From an uncultured bacterium (lineage in GTDB: Bacteria; Patescibacteriota; Microgenomatia; UBA1400; PJMF01), in NCBI GenBank assembly GCA_903842795.1, contig CAIMNJ010000013.1, forward strand, positions 69,302 through 133,301: a stretch of DNA of 64,000 nt, given 5' to 3'. Positions within the stretch are counted from its first letter, which is position 1, and every line of letters starts with the position of its first letter. The position numbers and the translations under genes were made by a program. Positions 1 to 10,944 of this stretch are shown here, in pieces. The notes beneath the pieces are model-generated. The model had not been told where the DNA came from, did not search any database, and worked only from the letters and a program-made list of their open reading frames with translations.

Positions 1-67
1 TGTCCGGTTCTTTTACTCAGTATTTCTAGTGTGATCTTTTTTTTGATCACTCACTGAAAGGGTTTTT

Positions 68-634
68 ATGCCAAATAATTCCAAAACATTGTCACTAGAT
101 TTTGATGGTTTTATGAATAAGGTCAAAAAAATGGAGCATGGTGAGAAATTAGATCTGTCTTCTGATGAAGATTTATCAATTGCCATCATGAACCTAATTA
201 GCATTGAAGAGCATTTATTCTTCACTGCTAATAAGACTGGTAAGTCAAGTTATTATGATCTGCTTTATGAAATCAGAGAAATGCGCAAAGAATTGTTGAA
301 AAAAATCATCAAGCAGTATGAAGGAGAAGTCTGGTGTATTAGCAAACATTTGCTCGCTTCATCGATGCGTTTGATGGAGGTTGGCACCAAGGCTTTGACC
401 AAAGGTGATAAAAAAGATGCTGAAGATTTATTTAAAAAATCCTACGACCTTTATTCACTTTTTTGGGGCCTTAATATGGGTGCTGTGAATCTTGGTTCAG
501 TCAAAGGTGGCAAATTACCAAATAAAGTTGAATTCTTGGCTGAAGCCACTCCTGCCAAGAGCAAAGGCTCTGCCAATCTTTTTGATAAGCTTGGTGTAAT
601 GGTTAAAAAAGCTATTGATTGCTGTATTGAATAA
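68..634 (+). CDS. Conserved hypothetical helical protein (C-terminal DCCIE)
   Basis: 188 aa ORF with normal composition; no family recognised. Confidence 0.7.
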   Translation: MPNNSKTLSLDFDGFMNKVKKMEHGEKLDLSSDEDLSIAIMNLISIEEHLFFTANKTGKSSYYDLLYEIREMRKELLKKIIKQYEGEVWCISKHLLASSMRLMEVGTKALTKGDKKDAEDLFKKSYDLYSLFWGLNMGAVNLGSVKGGKLPNKVEFLAEATPAKSKGSANLFDKLGVMVKKAIDCCIE

Positions 635-664
635 CTGTTATCATGATCGTAAGGGAATAAACCT

Positions 665-1531
665 ATGAAACAAAAAAAATCTTCCATCAATAAATTGCCA
701 CTATTTTTGTCTTTAATGATTCTTTCATCGCTTGTTTTTGTTGGAGTTATTAAGGCAGAAGAAGCTGAGGTCAAAGAAACTGAAGTGAGAGAAGAGCAAA
801 ATGTAGAAGTCAAATCGGATGAGCAAAAGACCACAGAAGAAAAAAAGATTGAAAGTGACTTAGAAATGGCCAAAAGAGCCAGAGAGATAAAAGCAAGAGA
901 AGAACATCGTTTACTTGAATTGGCTCAAGAAAAAAAAGAAGCTGCTAAGAAAAAATTGGAGCTAGCTAAAGAAGCTAAGCAAAAATTGGAAGAAAAGAAA
1001 AAAGAGGTTAAAGCTGAAATTAAGAACAAAATGTCAGATAGAGATGAATTGGAAGACGAGGCTACTGAAGAAGCAGAATTGAATGATGATAATGAAAATG
1101 ATAACAGATCAGCCGAAGAACACATGAGTGAAGTGGCCAAGCATGTCAAAATCCTCTTAGAAAATAAAGAAGAAGGTGAAGGCATTGGTCAAGAAGTGAG
1201 AAAAATTGCTCAAGATCAGGCTGATTCTCAAGAAAGAATTGCTGCTAAATTGGCCAAAATGGAAGCCAAAAAAGTTTGGCTCAAGAAAATGACTGGTTAT
1301 GATCGCGAAGCAGTTGATTCTGTCAAAGAGGAGATTGCAGCCATTCGTTTGAGAATTCAAGAAATTCACAAATTGCAAGAATCCACCACTGACAAGGAAA
1401 CTATGGCTGAATTAGAAGATACAGCTAATTCTCTCATTGAACAAAATGCAGCCTTAGACGATAAACTACAAGTAGAAATGAAAGATCAGGGCGTTTGGGG
1501 TTGGTTTAGAAATATCATGAGAAGAAATTGA
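665..1531 (+). CDS. Exported coiled-coil, Glu/Lys-rich hypothetical protein
   Basis: N-terminal signal/TM segment followed by long EK-rich heptad regions. Confidence 0.7.
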   Translation: MKQKKSSINKLPLFLSLMILSSLVFVGVIKAEEAEVKETEVREEQNVEVKSDEQKTTEEKKIESDLEMAKRAREIKAREEHRLLELAQEKKEAAKKKLELAKEAKQKLEEKKKEVKAEIKNKMSDRDELEDEATEEAELNDDNENDNRSAEEHMSEVAKHVKILLENKEEGEGIGQEVRKIAQDQADSQERIAAKLAKMEAKKVWLKKMTGYDREAVDSVKEEIAAIRLRIQEIHKLQESTTDKETMAELEDTANSLIEQNAALDDKLQVEMKDQGVWGWFRNIMRRN

Positions 1532-1566
1532 AAAGTTAGTAAAGGTTAAATAATTTTAGTATTTGT

Positions 1567-1591
1567 TGGCGCCGGCGCATAGCCGGCGCCA
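1567..1591. terminator. GC-rich hairpin between convergent genes, probable bidirectional terminator
   Basis: TGGCGCCGGC-gcata-GCCGGCGCCA, 10-bp perfect stem. Confidence 0.7.
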
Positions 1592-1615
1592 TTTGTTATC
1601 TAACAATTTAGTTAT

Positions 1616-2734
1616 CTATATTTGGTTTTTGATGAAGCTTTGCATTTGACCCCAGTTGTTCATGCCAGCTTTGGGTATTGTTATAAATGCTCCTTCGCTA
1701 GATTTGCTACTCTGCAAAACATTTTCTGGGCTTAAATTGACGTTTCTGATAGTGAATTCATTAGCATTAGCTAGAAGTGGGGCAAGATATTTAGCACTTT
1801 CCAAATCTAAGTTGGTGCTAACGTGCTTCGACATGGCTTCATAAAATTTGGGCATATTTTTGAGAGCATCAAGCTTAAATAGTTTATTGCGAATAGCGGT
1901 GAGAACTTCTACTTGGCGGCGGCTACGGTCATAATCGCTAGAGCTGTGGCGGGAACGGACATAAGCAAGCGCATCGTGACCTTCCATGGTCACTTTGCCT
2001 TTTTGAAAAAGTAGATGTTCATAGCGACACTTAAATTTACTTTCCAGCTCAAAACCACTATAGGTAGCTGTTAGATCGGCAATTTCACTTGGAGAGTAGC
2101 CGCAAGAATCGAGTTGAGCTCCCTCTTTTGGATACCATGGATCTTCAAGAGTTTGCGAAACTTCAACTTCAATACTTTTTAGTTCATAGCCAACAGTTCT
2201 TTGAAAGCCGACAAAATCAATGCCAATAAAATATTTAATTGGTAAACCACTGATGAGGCTAATGTTTTTTTGCATGAAAGCTAGGCCAGCATCGATGCCA
2301 CCTCCATTACTCATCCCGGAACTAAGTAAAGAATTAACCTTATAGCCTTTATTGTCTTTGGTGAGCAAATAAAGATCTCTGGGAACGGAAATAAAAGTAA
2401 TTTGCTTTTTTTCAAAATCAAAGTGAGCAATTTGAATCACATCGCTTAAGAAACCACCTTGGTGGCCGGCTCCACCATAGCCAGCGAGCAAGACATTGAG
2501 TGTTTTTTGATCTTCTTCTTTGATTTGGCTTGGGTCAAGGCTAATTTCTGCATCTAAATCTATAATATTTGGAACAGATGAATCGATGTATGTTTGGTTC
2601 TTTTGTTTGAAGTAACGATAGCTTGCAAAAATAGAAACTGCTAGAGTGGTAAGAAAAATTAAACCAAAAACAGTGAAAATAATTAGCCGCTGTTTTTTTT
2701 CAAGATTTCTAATTTTTTGAAAAGGTGTAAACAT
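1616..2734 (-). CDS. LCP (LytR-CpsA-Psr) family cell-envelope protein
   Basis: N-terminal TM; motifs LSDVIQ, ISVPRDL, ALAYVRSRH, SDYDRSRRQ. Confidence 0.9.
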   Translation of the reverse strand: MFTPFQKIRNLEKKQRLIIFTVFGLIFLTTLAVSIFASYRYFKQKNQTYIDSSVPNIIDLDAEISLDPSQIKEEDQKTLNVLLAGYGGAGHQGGFLSDVIQIAHFDFEKKQITFISVPRDLYLLTKDNKGYKVNSLLSSGMSNGGGIDAGLAFMQKNISLISGLPIKYFIGIDFVGFQRTVGYELKSIEVEVSQTLEDPWYPKEGAQLDSCGYSPSEIADLTATYSGFELESKFKCRYEHLLFQKGKVTMEGHDALAYVRSRHSSSDYDRSRRQVEVLTAIRNKLFKLDALKNMPKFYEAMSKHVSTNLDLESAKYLAPLLANANEFTIRNVNLSPENVLQSSKSSEGAFITIPKAGMNNWGQMQSFIKNQI

Positions 2735-2788
2735 TTTTTATTTTCTCTAAATTTGTTTTGAGTATAACCATGATGTTATAATTTTTCC

Positions 2789-3499
2789 ATGACTCAAATT
2801 CATCAAGTTTCAGAATTCGTTTTTCCTTACGATGCTTATCGTTTTCCTGGTCAAGCCACTGACGAGAAGATTCTTTACATCACTAGAGAGCATAAGCTTT
2901 TTATGTGGACGAGGATGTTTTTTGTAGCATTGATTGCTGTAGCAATTTTTTTGACCTCTTGGGTTTTTTCTTTGGCATTTAAAAATATTTTTGCCGTCAG
3001 TTCTTTTGCCTTTCTTTTTCCAATCACCATTGCTTTGGCTGGTGGTTTTGCTGCAATCGGCTTTTGGTGGGTTTATAGTTTATGGCAAAAAAGTTTAGCT
3101 ATTTTGACCAATAAACGCCTGACCAAAATTGTCTATACCACTCCTTTTAATCGTTATAACCAAAGCTTGCCTTTGGAAATGGTGGTAGATACAAGCTGTA
3201 ACAATCAAGGATTTTTTGAAGGCATTGCTCATTCCACTTTGCAAGTTGGCACTCTCACCGCTCGCTCAAGCGCTTCTAGTTCAGGAGTAGCTACTGAAAA
3301 TAACGAACGTGTGAACAAGAAATATTTCTATTTGGAAAATATTAGATATTGTGAAGACTTACAGCAATATTTAAATAAAATTCTTAGTGTTTTGCGTCAA
3401 TCTCCAGCTCAATTAGAAAATTTCAGACCTTTTATTCCTTATCTTAAGGGAGAACATAGAGAAAAATTTATAGAGGAATATCAGAAAAAAACAGAGTAG
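2789..3499 (+). CDS. Membrane protein with two TM helices and a bPH-like domain
   Basis: Two hydrophobic helices followed by ILTNKRL motif. Confidence 0.6.
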   Translation: MTQIHQVSEFVFPYDAYRFPGQATDEKILYITREHKLFMWTRMFFVALIAVAIFLTSWVFSLAFKNIFAVSSFAFLFPITIALAGGFAAIGFWWVYSLWQKSLAILTNKRLTKIVYTTPFNRYNQSLPLEMVVDTSCNNQGFFEGIAHSTLQVGTLTARSSASSSGVATENNERVNKKYFYLENIRYCEDLQQYLNKILSVLRQSPAQLENFRPFIPYLKGEHREKFIEEYQKKTE

Positions 3500-3545
3500 T
3501 TTTTCTCAGTTGTTTTTCAGCAAATTGTTATAATGTCTCATTGCT

Positions 3546-4220
3546 ATGAAGATTTTATTAGTTGAAGACGAACATCGCATTAGTCAGGCCATCAAAAAGG
3601 GTTTTGAACAAGAGAAATTTTTAGTTGAAGTGGCCTATGATGGTGAAACGGCTTGGGACTTAGCTAGCACCAATGATTATGATGCCATTATTCTTGATTT
3701 GATGTTGCCAAAGAAAGATGGCCTTGATGTTTGTAAAAGCTTACGTCTTGAGGAAATACACACGCCAATTATTGTTTTAACTGCCAAAGGTGATGTGAGT
3801 GAAAAGATTGAGGCTTTAAATTGTGGAGCTGATGATTATTTAACCAAGCCATTTGCTTTTGCAGAATTAGTAGCCAGAGTTAGAGCCTTATGCCGTCGCC
3901 CCAAATTGCAACAAGGTGCCGTTCTCAAGGCAGATGATTTGGTTTTGGACATGAGAACTTTTGAGGTCAAAAGAGATGGTAAGCTGATTGAATTATCTCG
4001 CAAAGAATTTACCTTGTTGGAGTATTTAATGCGTCATAAAGGCCAAATTCTTACTAAAGATCAAATTTTACTTAGTGTTTGGGATTATGAGTCAGATGTT
4101 CTGCTCAATACAGTTGAGGTATATATTGGATATTTGAGAAATAAAATTGATAAGCCTTTCAAAACCAAAAAGCCACTAATAACAACAGTGAGAGGTTTTG
4201 GTTATAAAATTGAGGATTAA
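3546..4220 (+). CDS. OmpR/PhoB-family response regulator
   Basis: LLVEDE, DLMLP, GADDYLTKPF, winged-helix TVRGFGY. Confidence 0.95.
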   Translation: MKILLVEDEHRISQAIKKGFEQEKFLVEVAYDGETAWDLASTNDYDAIILDLMLPKKDGLDVCKSLRLEEIHTPIIVLTAKGDVSEKIEALNCGADDYLTKPFAFAELVARVRALCRRPKLQQGAVLKADDLVLDMRTFEVKRDGKLIELSRKEFTLLEYLMRHKGQILTKDQILLSVWDYESDVLLNTVEVYIGYLRNKIDKPFKTKKPLITTVRGFGYKIED

Positions 4221-4229
4221 GTGACAAAC

Positions 4230-5270
4230 ATGTTTAAATCAGCTAGGTTCAAATTGACGCTTTGGTATTTTTTGACCATTTCCTTCATTCTTTTGTTATT
4301 TTCTGCTTTGATTTATCGTGCTGGTTCAGCTTTGCTTTTTGAGAATCTAAGTCGTTTACACTTAAGATTGCGTTCGATCGAACTCAACGCTAATTCTCCA
4401 GCCAGAATGCCAAAGAATATGCGCGATCTTGGGACTGAGCCATTCAATCTCAATTCAGAGGAATTTTTGCAAGATCTCGGTGAAGCCGAACATACGCTTT
4501 TTTTGAGTTTGCTTTTTATTGATCTAGGAATTTTGTCTGTTTCCACATTTTTGGCCTATCTTTTGGCCGGACGCACCTTAGCACCAATTGAGAAATCCCT
4601 CAAAGCCCAAAAAAGATTCACTGCCGATGCCGCTCATGAGTTGCGCACTCCTCTAACAGCGATCAAAACTGCTCTTGAAGTCAATTTGGCAGACAAAAAA
4701 TTGACTAAAACTGCTGCTGTCAGTATTTTGCAGGATAATCTCAAAGATATCGAGAACTTAGAAAAATTAAGTAGTGAGCTTTTGCAGCTATCCAAAGTTG
4801 ATCATCATTTGGCTATGCTTAATTATCAAAGTATTGCCCTAGATGAGTTACTAAGTGAATTGACCAGTAAATTTGCTTCTCTTGCCAAAGTCAAAAAAAT
4901 CAAAATTATTGGCAAAGCCAATCATGATTTGATCAAAACTGATTATGATAAATTATTGCAAATTTTGTCCATTTTTCTTGATAATGCCATCAAGTACACT
5001 CCAGAAAATGGCAAAATTAATTTGAGCTTTGTGGTTGAGAAACGCAAAACTGCTTTTCATGTTCAAGACAGCGGAGTAGGTATAAAAAAAGAAGATTTAC
5101 CAATGATCTTTCATCGTTTTTATAAAATTGAATCCTCACGTAACCAGAAACAAACTGCTGGTTTTGGTCTGGGTTTGGCTATCGCTAGTGAAATTGCTGA
5201 TCTACTCAATGGCGACCTGAGCGTTACCAGTCAATTAGGCAAAGGTAGTACTTTTACGCTTCGTTTGTGA
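4230..5270 (+). CDS. Sensor histidine kinase
   Basis: Two TM helices; H-box AHELRTPL, N-box DNAIKY, G-boxes DSGVGI and GFGLGL. Confidence 0.95.
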   Translation: MFKSARFKLTLWYFLTISFILLLFSALIYRAGSALLFENLSRLHLRLRSIELNANSPARMPKNMRDLGTEPFNLNSEEFLQDLGEAEHTLFLSLLFIDLGILSVSTFLAYLLAGRTLAPIEKSLKAQKRFTADAAHELRTPLTAIKTALEVNLADKKLTKTAAVSILQDNLKDIENLEKLSSELLQLSKVDHHLAMLNYQSIALDELLSELTSKFASLAKVKKIKIIGKANHDLIKTDYDKLLQILSIFLDNAIKYTPENGKINLSFVVEKRKTAFHVQDSGVGIKKEDLPMIFHRFYKIESSRNQKQTAGFGLGLAIASEIADLLNGDLSVTSQLGKGSTFTLRL

Positions 5271-5282
5271 TAAACTGACCCC

Positions 5283-6431
5283 ATGTTTGACGCAGATATT
5301 CAAGACATTTTAGCCAAGTATGACTATCCACTTTGTGAGGAGCAAATTGCCAATGAGCCAGCCTCGCCGCGCGATCATTCCAAGCTTTTACGCATTTCTA
5401 GACAAACAGGCAAGCTGCAAGATTATCATTTTTATGATTTGCCAGATTTATTGACCGCCAATGACGTTTTGGTCCTTAATGAAACCAAAGTTTTTAGTGC
5501 TCGTTTGCTTGGTAAAAAACAGAGTGGCGGCAAGGTTGAACTATTACTAATCAAACAAGACAATCTAAACACTTTTGAAGCCATTTCCAAACCAGGTCTC
5601 AAAATGGGGCAGCGCTTGTTTTTTCCAAGAAGAAATTTATTGGATGATGCTGGCAATTTATCTGCAGATTTAGATACGAGTGATTTTTTGCAGGCAGAAG
5701 TGATCTGGCGCGATACCGAAAGTGCCAAGGTTCAAGTGCGTTTTAGCCAGAGTGGGGCCAGTTTACTTTCAGAGATTGATTTGTGTGGTTTTACACCTTT
5801 ACCGCCATACATCCATCCCACTCAAACAGAAGAAAAAATCAAGGAAGAATATCAGACGGTTTATGCCAAAGAAGAGGGCTCAGCTGCAGCGCCGACTGCA
5901 GGCTTACATTTCACAGAAGAACTACTGAGCAAACTTCAAGCTAAGGGTGTGCAAATAGAAAAAGTCACTCTCCATGTAGGACTAGGCACTTTTGCCAAAC
6001 TGACCAGTGAAAACCTGGAAAACAAGACTTTGCATAGCGAATATTACGAAATAACGGCAGAAACTGCCCAGCGCCTAAATCAGGCCAAAAAAGCGGGCAA
6101 GCGCATTATCGCCGTGGGCACCACTAGCACTAGAACTCTCGAGTCAGCTGTCTTATTAAGCCAAAATCATCAAGAATTACTCGCCGCAGCCAAAGAAACT
6201 AATATTTTCATTGATCCACCATACAAATTCAATTTCATCGATGCTCTCATTACCAATTTTCATCTGCCTAAATCTAGTCTACTCATGTTGGTCTCAGCTT
6301 TTTGCACAGCGCCTAATACGACAGAAGAATTTACTAATTTTTTGGCAACTAGTGTTGGCCAAGCTTACACTCACGCCCTCGCCCATGACTACCGTTTTTT
6401 TAGTTTTGGCGATGCTATGCTGATCGAGTAA
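5283..6431 (+). CDS. queA: S-adenosylmethionine:tRNA ribosyltransferase-isomerase
   Basis: PLPPYI, YQTVYA, AAPTAGLHF, TLHVGLGTF, TNFHLPKS, YRFFSFGDAM. Confidence 0.97.
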   Translation: MFDADIQDILAKYDYPLCEEQIANEPASPRDHSKLLRISRQTGKLQDYHFYDLPDLLTANDVLVLNETKVFSARLLGKKQSGGKVELLLIKQDNLNTFEAISKPGLKMGQRLFFPRRNLLDDAGNLSADLDTSDFLQAEVIWRDTESAKVQVRFSQSGASLLSEIDLCGFTPLPPYIHPTQTEEKIKEEYQTVYAKEEGSAAAPTAGLHFTEELLSKLQAKGVQIEKVTLHVGLGTFAKLTSENLENKTLHSEYYEITAETAQRLNQAKKAGKRIIAVGTTSTRTLESAVLLSQNHQELLAAAKETNIFIDPPYKFNFIDALITNFHLPKSSLLMLVSAFCTAPNTTEEFTNFLATSVGQAYTHALAHDYRFFSFGDAMLIE

Positions 6432-6432
6432 T

Positions 6433-7602
6433 ATGGATATTTCTGCTGACAAAAAAATTGCCCTCAAAGAAATTTTGGCTTGGTATGCCAAAAAGGCTGC
6501 CAGCAAACAATCGCTAACCTTGGGTGGTTACGCTGGAACTGGTAAGACCACTCTCATTGCTATCTTGCGCAAGGTGCTTTTTGGTCAAAATCCCAAGCTC
6601 AAAGTTGCCTTTGCAGCTTTTACCGGCAAGGCGGCTAGAGTACTCAAGAATTATCTCAAAGACAACGCAGTTTTATACAAAGGTGACAGCGTAGGCACAA
6701 TTCATTCTTTGATTTACTCAGTTATCGAGAATGAAGCTCATGAAATTGTTGGCTGGAAGCGCAAGGAAGAGCTCAAAGCTGATCTGATCATTGTTGATGA
6801 AGCTTCGATGGTAGATCAGAAGATTTGGCTCGATTTACTCTCTTATGACGTGCCAATTTTGGCGGTGGGCGATCATGGTCAGTTACCACCAGTCAGTGGG
6901 CAATTTAATTTGATGGAGAAGCCAGAGCTGAAGCTCGAGGAAATTCACCGTCAGGTGGCAGACAATCCAATTATTAAGCTGTCCATCGAAGCACGTAAAC
7001 ATGGCCGCATCAAAGTTGGGAATTATGGCCAGGGCGTGCGCAAATTAGCCAAAAATGATCCAGAATCGCAGGAGATTATTGAGAGTTATTTACAGAATTA
7101 TACTCAAGATACACTCATCCTTTGTGGCTACAATAACACACGCATCAAACTCAATAATTATTTGCGCAATTTACTAGGTTATGACTCACCCTTACCAATG
7201 GCTGGTGACAGAGTTATATGTCTGCGTAATAAGCAACAAAAGGCCATCTTCAACGGTATGTTGGGGACGATTCAAAATATCACCAGCAAAGATGAAAACT
7301 TTTATGACCTGAAAATTTTGTTTGATGATGAAGAGCAGGTTTTTGAAGGTCTGGCGGTCAAAAAACAATTCGGCAGTAGCGTCGCTCTCAATTTCACCAG
7401 AGAAAATAGAGCTCTGACTTTGCAGGCAGAACTCTTTGATTTTGCCTATGCGATCACGGTTCATAAAGCTCAAGGCAGTCAGGCTAGGAGAGTAATTCTT
7501 TTTGAAGAGCGTTTCAAACAAATGTCTGATGTGGATTGGCGTCGTTGGTTGTACACCGCTGTAACCAGAGCAGAAGAAGAACTGATTATCTTGGGTGATT
7601 AA
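6433..7602 (+). CDS. RecD/Dda-like SF1B DNA helicase (exonuclease V-like)
   Basis: GYAGTGKT, DEASM, GDHGQLPPV, YAITVHKAQGSQ, LYTAVTRA. Confidence 0.9.
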   Translation: MDISADKKIALKEILAWYAKKAASKQSLTLGGYAGTGKTTLIAILRKVLFGQNPKLKVAFAAFTGKAARVLKNYLKDNAVLYKGDSVGTIHSLIYSVIENEAHEIVGWKRKEELKADLIIVDEASMVDQKIWLDLLSYDVPILAVGDHGQLPPVSGQFNLMEKPELKLEEIHRQVADNPIIKLSIEARKHGRIKVGNYGQGVRKLAKNDPESQEIIESYLQNYTQDTLILCGYNNTRIKLNNYLRNLLGYDSPLPMAGDRVICLRNKQQKAIFNGMLGTIQNITSKDENFYDLKILFDDEEQVFEGLAVKKQFGSSVALNFTRENRALTLQAELFDFAYAITVHKAQGSQARRVILFEERFKQMSDVDWRRWLYTAVTRAEEELIILGD

Positions 7603-7646
7603 TCAGATAATTAGGTTTTTACCCCTCTGCCCGTTATAATACCCAT

Positions 7647-8390
7647 ATGCAAATTCGTTTAAATAAATTTTTAGCAGATCTTGGAGTAGCTTCACGTCGC
7701 AAGGCAGATCAGTTGATTGAAGAAGGCAAAATTCTTCTCAACCAAAAAAAAGCTCAGTTAGGCGATAAAGTTGATCCAGAAAGAGACAAGGTGGTTTTTG
7801 ATGGCCAGAACTTGACCGCCCACAAAGAAGAACTTGAGTATTGGCTCCTCAATAAACCTCGTAATGTCGTTTCCACAGTTAGTGACGAAGCTGGGCGCAA
7901 GACAGTTTTTGACTATGTCAAAACCAAGGCCAAAGGTCGTGTTTATCCAGTTGGTCGCTTAGACTTGGAATCAGAAGGCTTATTGCTGATGACTAATGAT
8001 GGAGAATTGGCTAATCGTCTAACTCATCCTAGTTATGAGGTGACCAAAGTTTATAAAGTGACCGTCAACGGCATTTTTTCTGAAGCCAAAATGGAACGTT
8101 TGTTGCGCGGAGTGCGTTTGGCAGAAGGCAAAGTGTCCTTCGATACACTGGAATTATTGGAAAAAGATGGTCGAGATTTCGTCCTAAAAGTAGGTATTCA
8201 TCAGGGCATCAAAAGAGAAATTCGTCGTGTTTGCGCCAAGGTGGGTTGGGAAGTGACTAAATTACTGCGCGTCAAACTCGGTGATTTAAGTTTGGCTGGC
8301 TTAATTGTTGGCAATGTGCGCAAATTGACCGAGGAAGAAGTTATTGGTCTCAAAAAACTCGTTGGTCTTTATGAAAACTCTAATCTTTGA
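7647..8390 (+). CDS. rluB: S4-domain rRNA pseudouridine synthase (RluB/RsuA family)
   Basis: RLNKFLA..G.ASRR, GRLD, GLLLMTNDG. Confidence 0.85.
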   Translation: MQIRLNKFLADLGVASRRKADQLIEEGKILLNQKKAQLGDKVDPERDKVVFDGQNLTAHKEELEYWLLNKPRNVVSTVSDEAGRKTVFDYVKTKAKGRVYPVGRLDLESEGLLLMTNDGELANRLTHPSYEVTKVYKVTVNGIFSEAKMERLLRGVRLAEGKVSFDTLELLEKDGRDFVLKVGIHQGIKREIRRVCAKVGWEVTKLLRVKLGDLSLAGLIVGNVRKLTEEEVIGLKKLVGLYENSNL

Positions 8391-9009
8391 TTTCGATGGC
8401 ACGCTAGCTGATAGCTTAATTACATATTTTCATGGTTTTAATCAAGTGGCTCAAGATTTTGGTTTACCAAAAATCGATTTAGAAAATATCCAAGCACTCA
8501 AGCAATTATCTGCCAAAGATTTGACCATCAAATACAAAATTGGGCCAATCAAGTTGACTAAATTGGTTTACACCATCAACAAAAACCTTAGCAAAGAAAT
8601 TGCTAATCTAAAATTTTTTCCAGAATTGAAAAACGTCCTACAAGAGCTAGCCAAAGATTATCAGTTGGGAATTCTAACCTCCAATAATCGTGAAAATGTA
8701 CGCGACTTCCTCAAGAATCAGGATTGTAGTGAGTTATTTGACTTTATTCATGCCAGCAAGAGTATTTTTGGCAAAGATCAAACTTTTCGTGCCATGCTGC
8801 GCAAACATCAATTACGCAAAAATGACATTCTATATTTCGGTGACGAGGCGCGAGACATCGAGGCTTGCCAAAAAGTTGGCATCAAAATTGCCGCGGTTAG
8901 TTGGGGCTTTAATGCAACCGAATTATTGCAAGCCAAAAACCCAGATTTTCTTCTCAGCGAACCCAAGCAAATTCTTCCACTAATCAAGAAATTATCAGAC
9001 CATAGCTAA
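8371..9009 (+). CDS. HAD-superfamily hydrolase (phosphoglycolate phosphatase-like)
   Basis: FDFDGTL, TSN, GDE.RD motifs; ATG at 8371 preferred. Confidence 0.88.
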   Translation: MKTLIFDFDGTLADSLITYFHGFNQVAQDFGLPKIDLENIQALKQLSAKDLTIKYKIGPIKLTKLVYTINKNLSKEIANLKFFPELKNVLQELAKDYQLGILTSNNRENVRDFLKNQDCSELFDFIHASKSIFGKDQTFRAMLRKHQLRKNDILYFGDEARDIEACQKVGIKIAAVSWGFNATELLQAKNPDFLLSEPKQILPLIKKLSDHS

Positions 9010-9069
9010 CTAGCTCAAGGCAGGCCCAAGCTTGCTTGCTAGCCTTTTTGCGAGTATAATACCTTCTTT

Positions 9070-10917
9070 ATGCAAATTAGAAACATCGCCATTATCGCCC
9101 ACGTTGACCACGGTAAAACTACCTTGATTGACGGAATGTTAAAACAAACTCATGCTTTTCGTGAAAACCAAGCAGAAATGAATCAAAGTACTATCTTGGA
9201 TAGTAATGATTTGGAAAGAGAAAAAGGTATTACCATTCTCGCCAAAAATACTGCTGTTTTTTACAAGAGTGCCGCTGGTGAAGATTACAAGATCAATATT
9301 ATTGACACTCCAGGGCACGCAGATTTTGCTGGTGAAGTGGAGCGCGTGATTAGTATGGCCGATGGTGCCGTCCTTTTGGTTGATGCTGCTGAGGGTCCTT
9401 TGCCTCAAACTCGTTTTGTTTTGGAGCAAGCTCTCAAACAACACCTCAAAATGATTGTAGTGGTCAATAAAATTGATCGTCGCGATGCTGAACCAGAGAG
9501 AGTTTTGGCTCAGGTCGAGGAACTTTTCCTCAATATTGCTCATGATGAATCTCAATTAATGTTCCCAATTCTTTATGCTGTCGGTCGTGATGGTAAAGTC
9601 TGGGATGATTTGCCAGAAAATGAAGTTGGTAACGCCGAAGCCATTGCCAAACATCCTGGCGATTTACGTCCAATTTTTGAAGAAATTATTCGTACTATTC
9701 CAGCTCCAAAAGCAGATGAAACTTTGCCTTTCAAAATGCAAGTTTCTACTCTGGATTTTGATACCTACAAGGGTACTTATGCTATTGGTAAAGTTGCCCA
9801 AGGTCAGGTCAAGAGAGGTCAGCGTTTAGTTATTCTTAACGAAAAAGAAAAAGTTGGGGAAATGTCTGTAGCTCATTTGATGACAAGTGATGGTCTTGGC
9901 CGCCAAGAAACTGAAATTAGTCAGGCTGGTGACATTGTTGCTATTACTGGCGTAGAAAGTATTGCCATCGGTCACACTTTGGCTGCTTTGGGTGAAACTG
10001 AAGGTTTCCCTAGCATTACTGTTACCGAGCCTACTTTGAAGATTAGAGTGGCTGCCAACACTTCTCCTTTTGCTGGCAAAGAAGGTGATTTCTGTACCAT
10101 CCGTCAAATTGCTGAAAGATTGAAAAAAGAACAAAAAACCAATCTTGGTCTTCGTATCGAAGGTCTTGAAGGTGGTTCATTTAATGTCGCCGGTCGTGGC
10201 GAGTTACACTTGGCTATTTTGATCGAAACCATGCGTCGTGAAGGTTATGAAATGGAACTTTCCAAGCCTCAGGTTATCATCAAAGAAGTTGATGGAGTCA
10301 AAATGGAGCCTTATGAAGAAATGACTATTGAAATTGCCAAAGAATTTATGGGCGTAATCACCGAAGAATTAGGCAAGCGTAAGGGTAATTTAATTGATAG
10401 TGTAACTAATGATAAAGGTATTACCAGAATGGTTTACGAAGTTAGTAGTCGCAATATCCTTGGTTTCAGAAGTCAAATTTTGACCAAAACCAGAGGTAAT
10501 GGCCTTTTTAGTTCTCGCTTCCTCGAATATGCTCCACTTAGTGCCGAATTACCACAAATGCGTAATGGTGCTTTGATTGCCACTGAGTCTGGCACTGCTA
10601 CCGCTTATGCTCTGGAAACTATTCAAGAGCGTGGTAAAACTTTCATCAATCCAGGTGAAGCAGCTTATGAGGGTCAAATTATTGGTTTGCGTAACCAACA
10701 AGAAGATTTGGAAGTTAATGTCTGTAAAGCCAAAAAACTAACCAACTTCCGTTCTAATGCTGATGTTTTAACTATTCTTGATACTCGTATTGAATTGAGT
10801 TTGGAGCAATGCCTTGATTTCATTGAAGACGACGAGCTTTTGGAGGTTACTCCAAAGAGTTTGAGATTGCGTAAACGCTTCCTCAACAGAATCGTCCGCA
10901 ATAGACAAGCTCGCTAA
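9070..10917 (+). CDS. typA: Translational GTPase TypA/BipA
   Basis: AHVDHGKTT, DTPGHADF, NKID, GRGELHL, EVTPKSLRLRK. Confidence 0.97.
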   Translation: MQIRNIAIIAHVDHGKTTLIDGMLKQTHAFRENQAEMNQSTILDSNDLEREKGITILAKNTAVFYKSAAGEDYKINIIDTPGHADFAGEVERVISMADGAVLLVDAAEGPLPQTRFVLEQALKQHLKMIVVVNKIDRRDAEPERVLAQVEELFLNIAHDESQLMFPILYAVGRDGKVWDDLPENEVGNAEAIAKHPGDLRPIFEEIIRTIPAPKADETLPFKMQVSTLDFDTYKGTYAIGKVAQGQVKRGQRLVILNEKEKVGEMSVAHLMTSDGLGRQETEISQAGDIVAITGVESIAIGHTLAALGETEGFPSITVTEPTLKIRVAANTSPFAGKEGDFCTIRQIAERLKKEQKTNLGLRIEGLEGGSFNVAGRGELHLAILIETMRREGYEMELSKPQVIIKEVDGVKMEPYEEMTIEIAKEFMGVITEELGKRKGNLIDSVTNDKGITRMVYEVSSRNILGFRSQILTKTRGNGLFSSRFLEYAPLSAELPQMRNGALIATESGTATAYALETIQERGKTFINPGEAAYEGQIIGLRNQQEDLEVNVCKAKKLTNFRSNADVLTILDTRIELSLEQCLDFIEDDELLEVTPKSLRLRKRFLNRIVRNRQAR

Positions 10918-10944
10918 GTTTTTTCCTGCTAGAATAGGCCTACA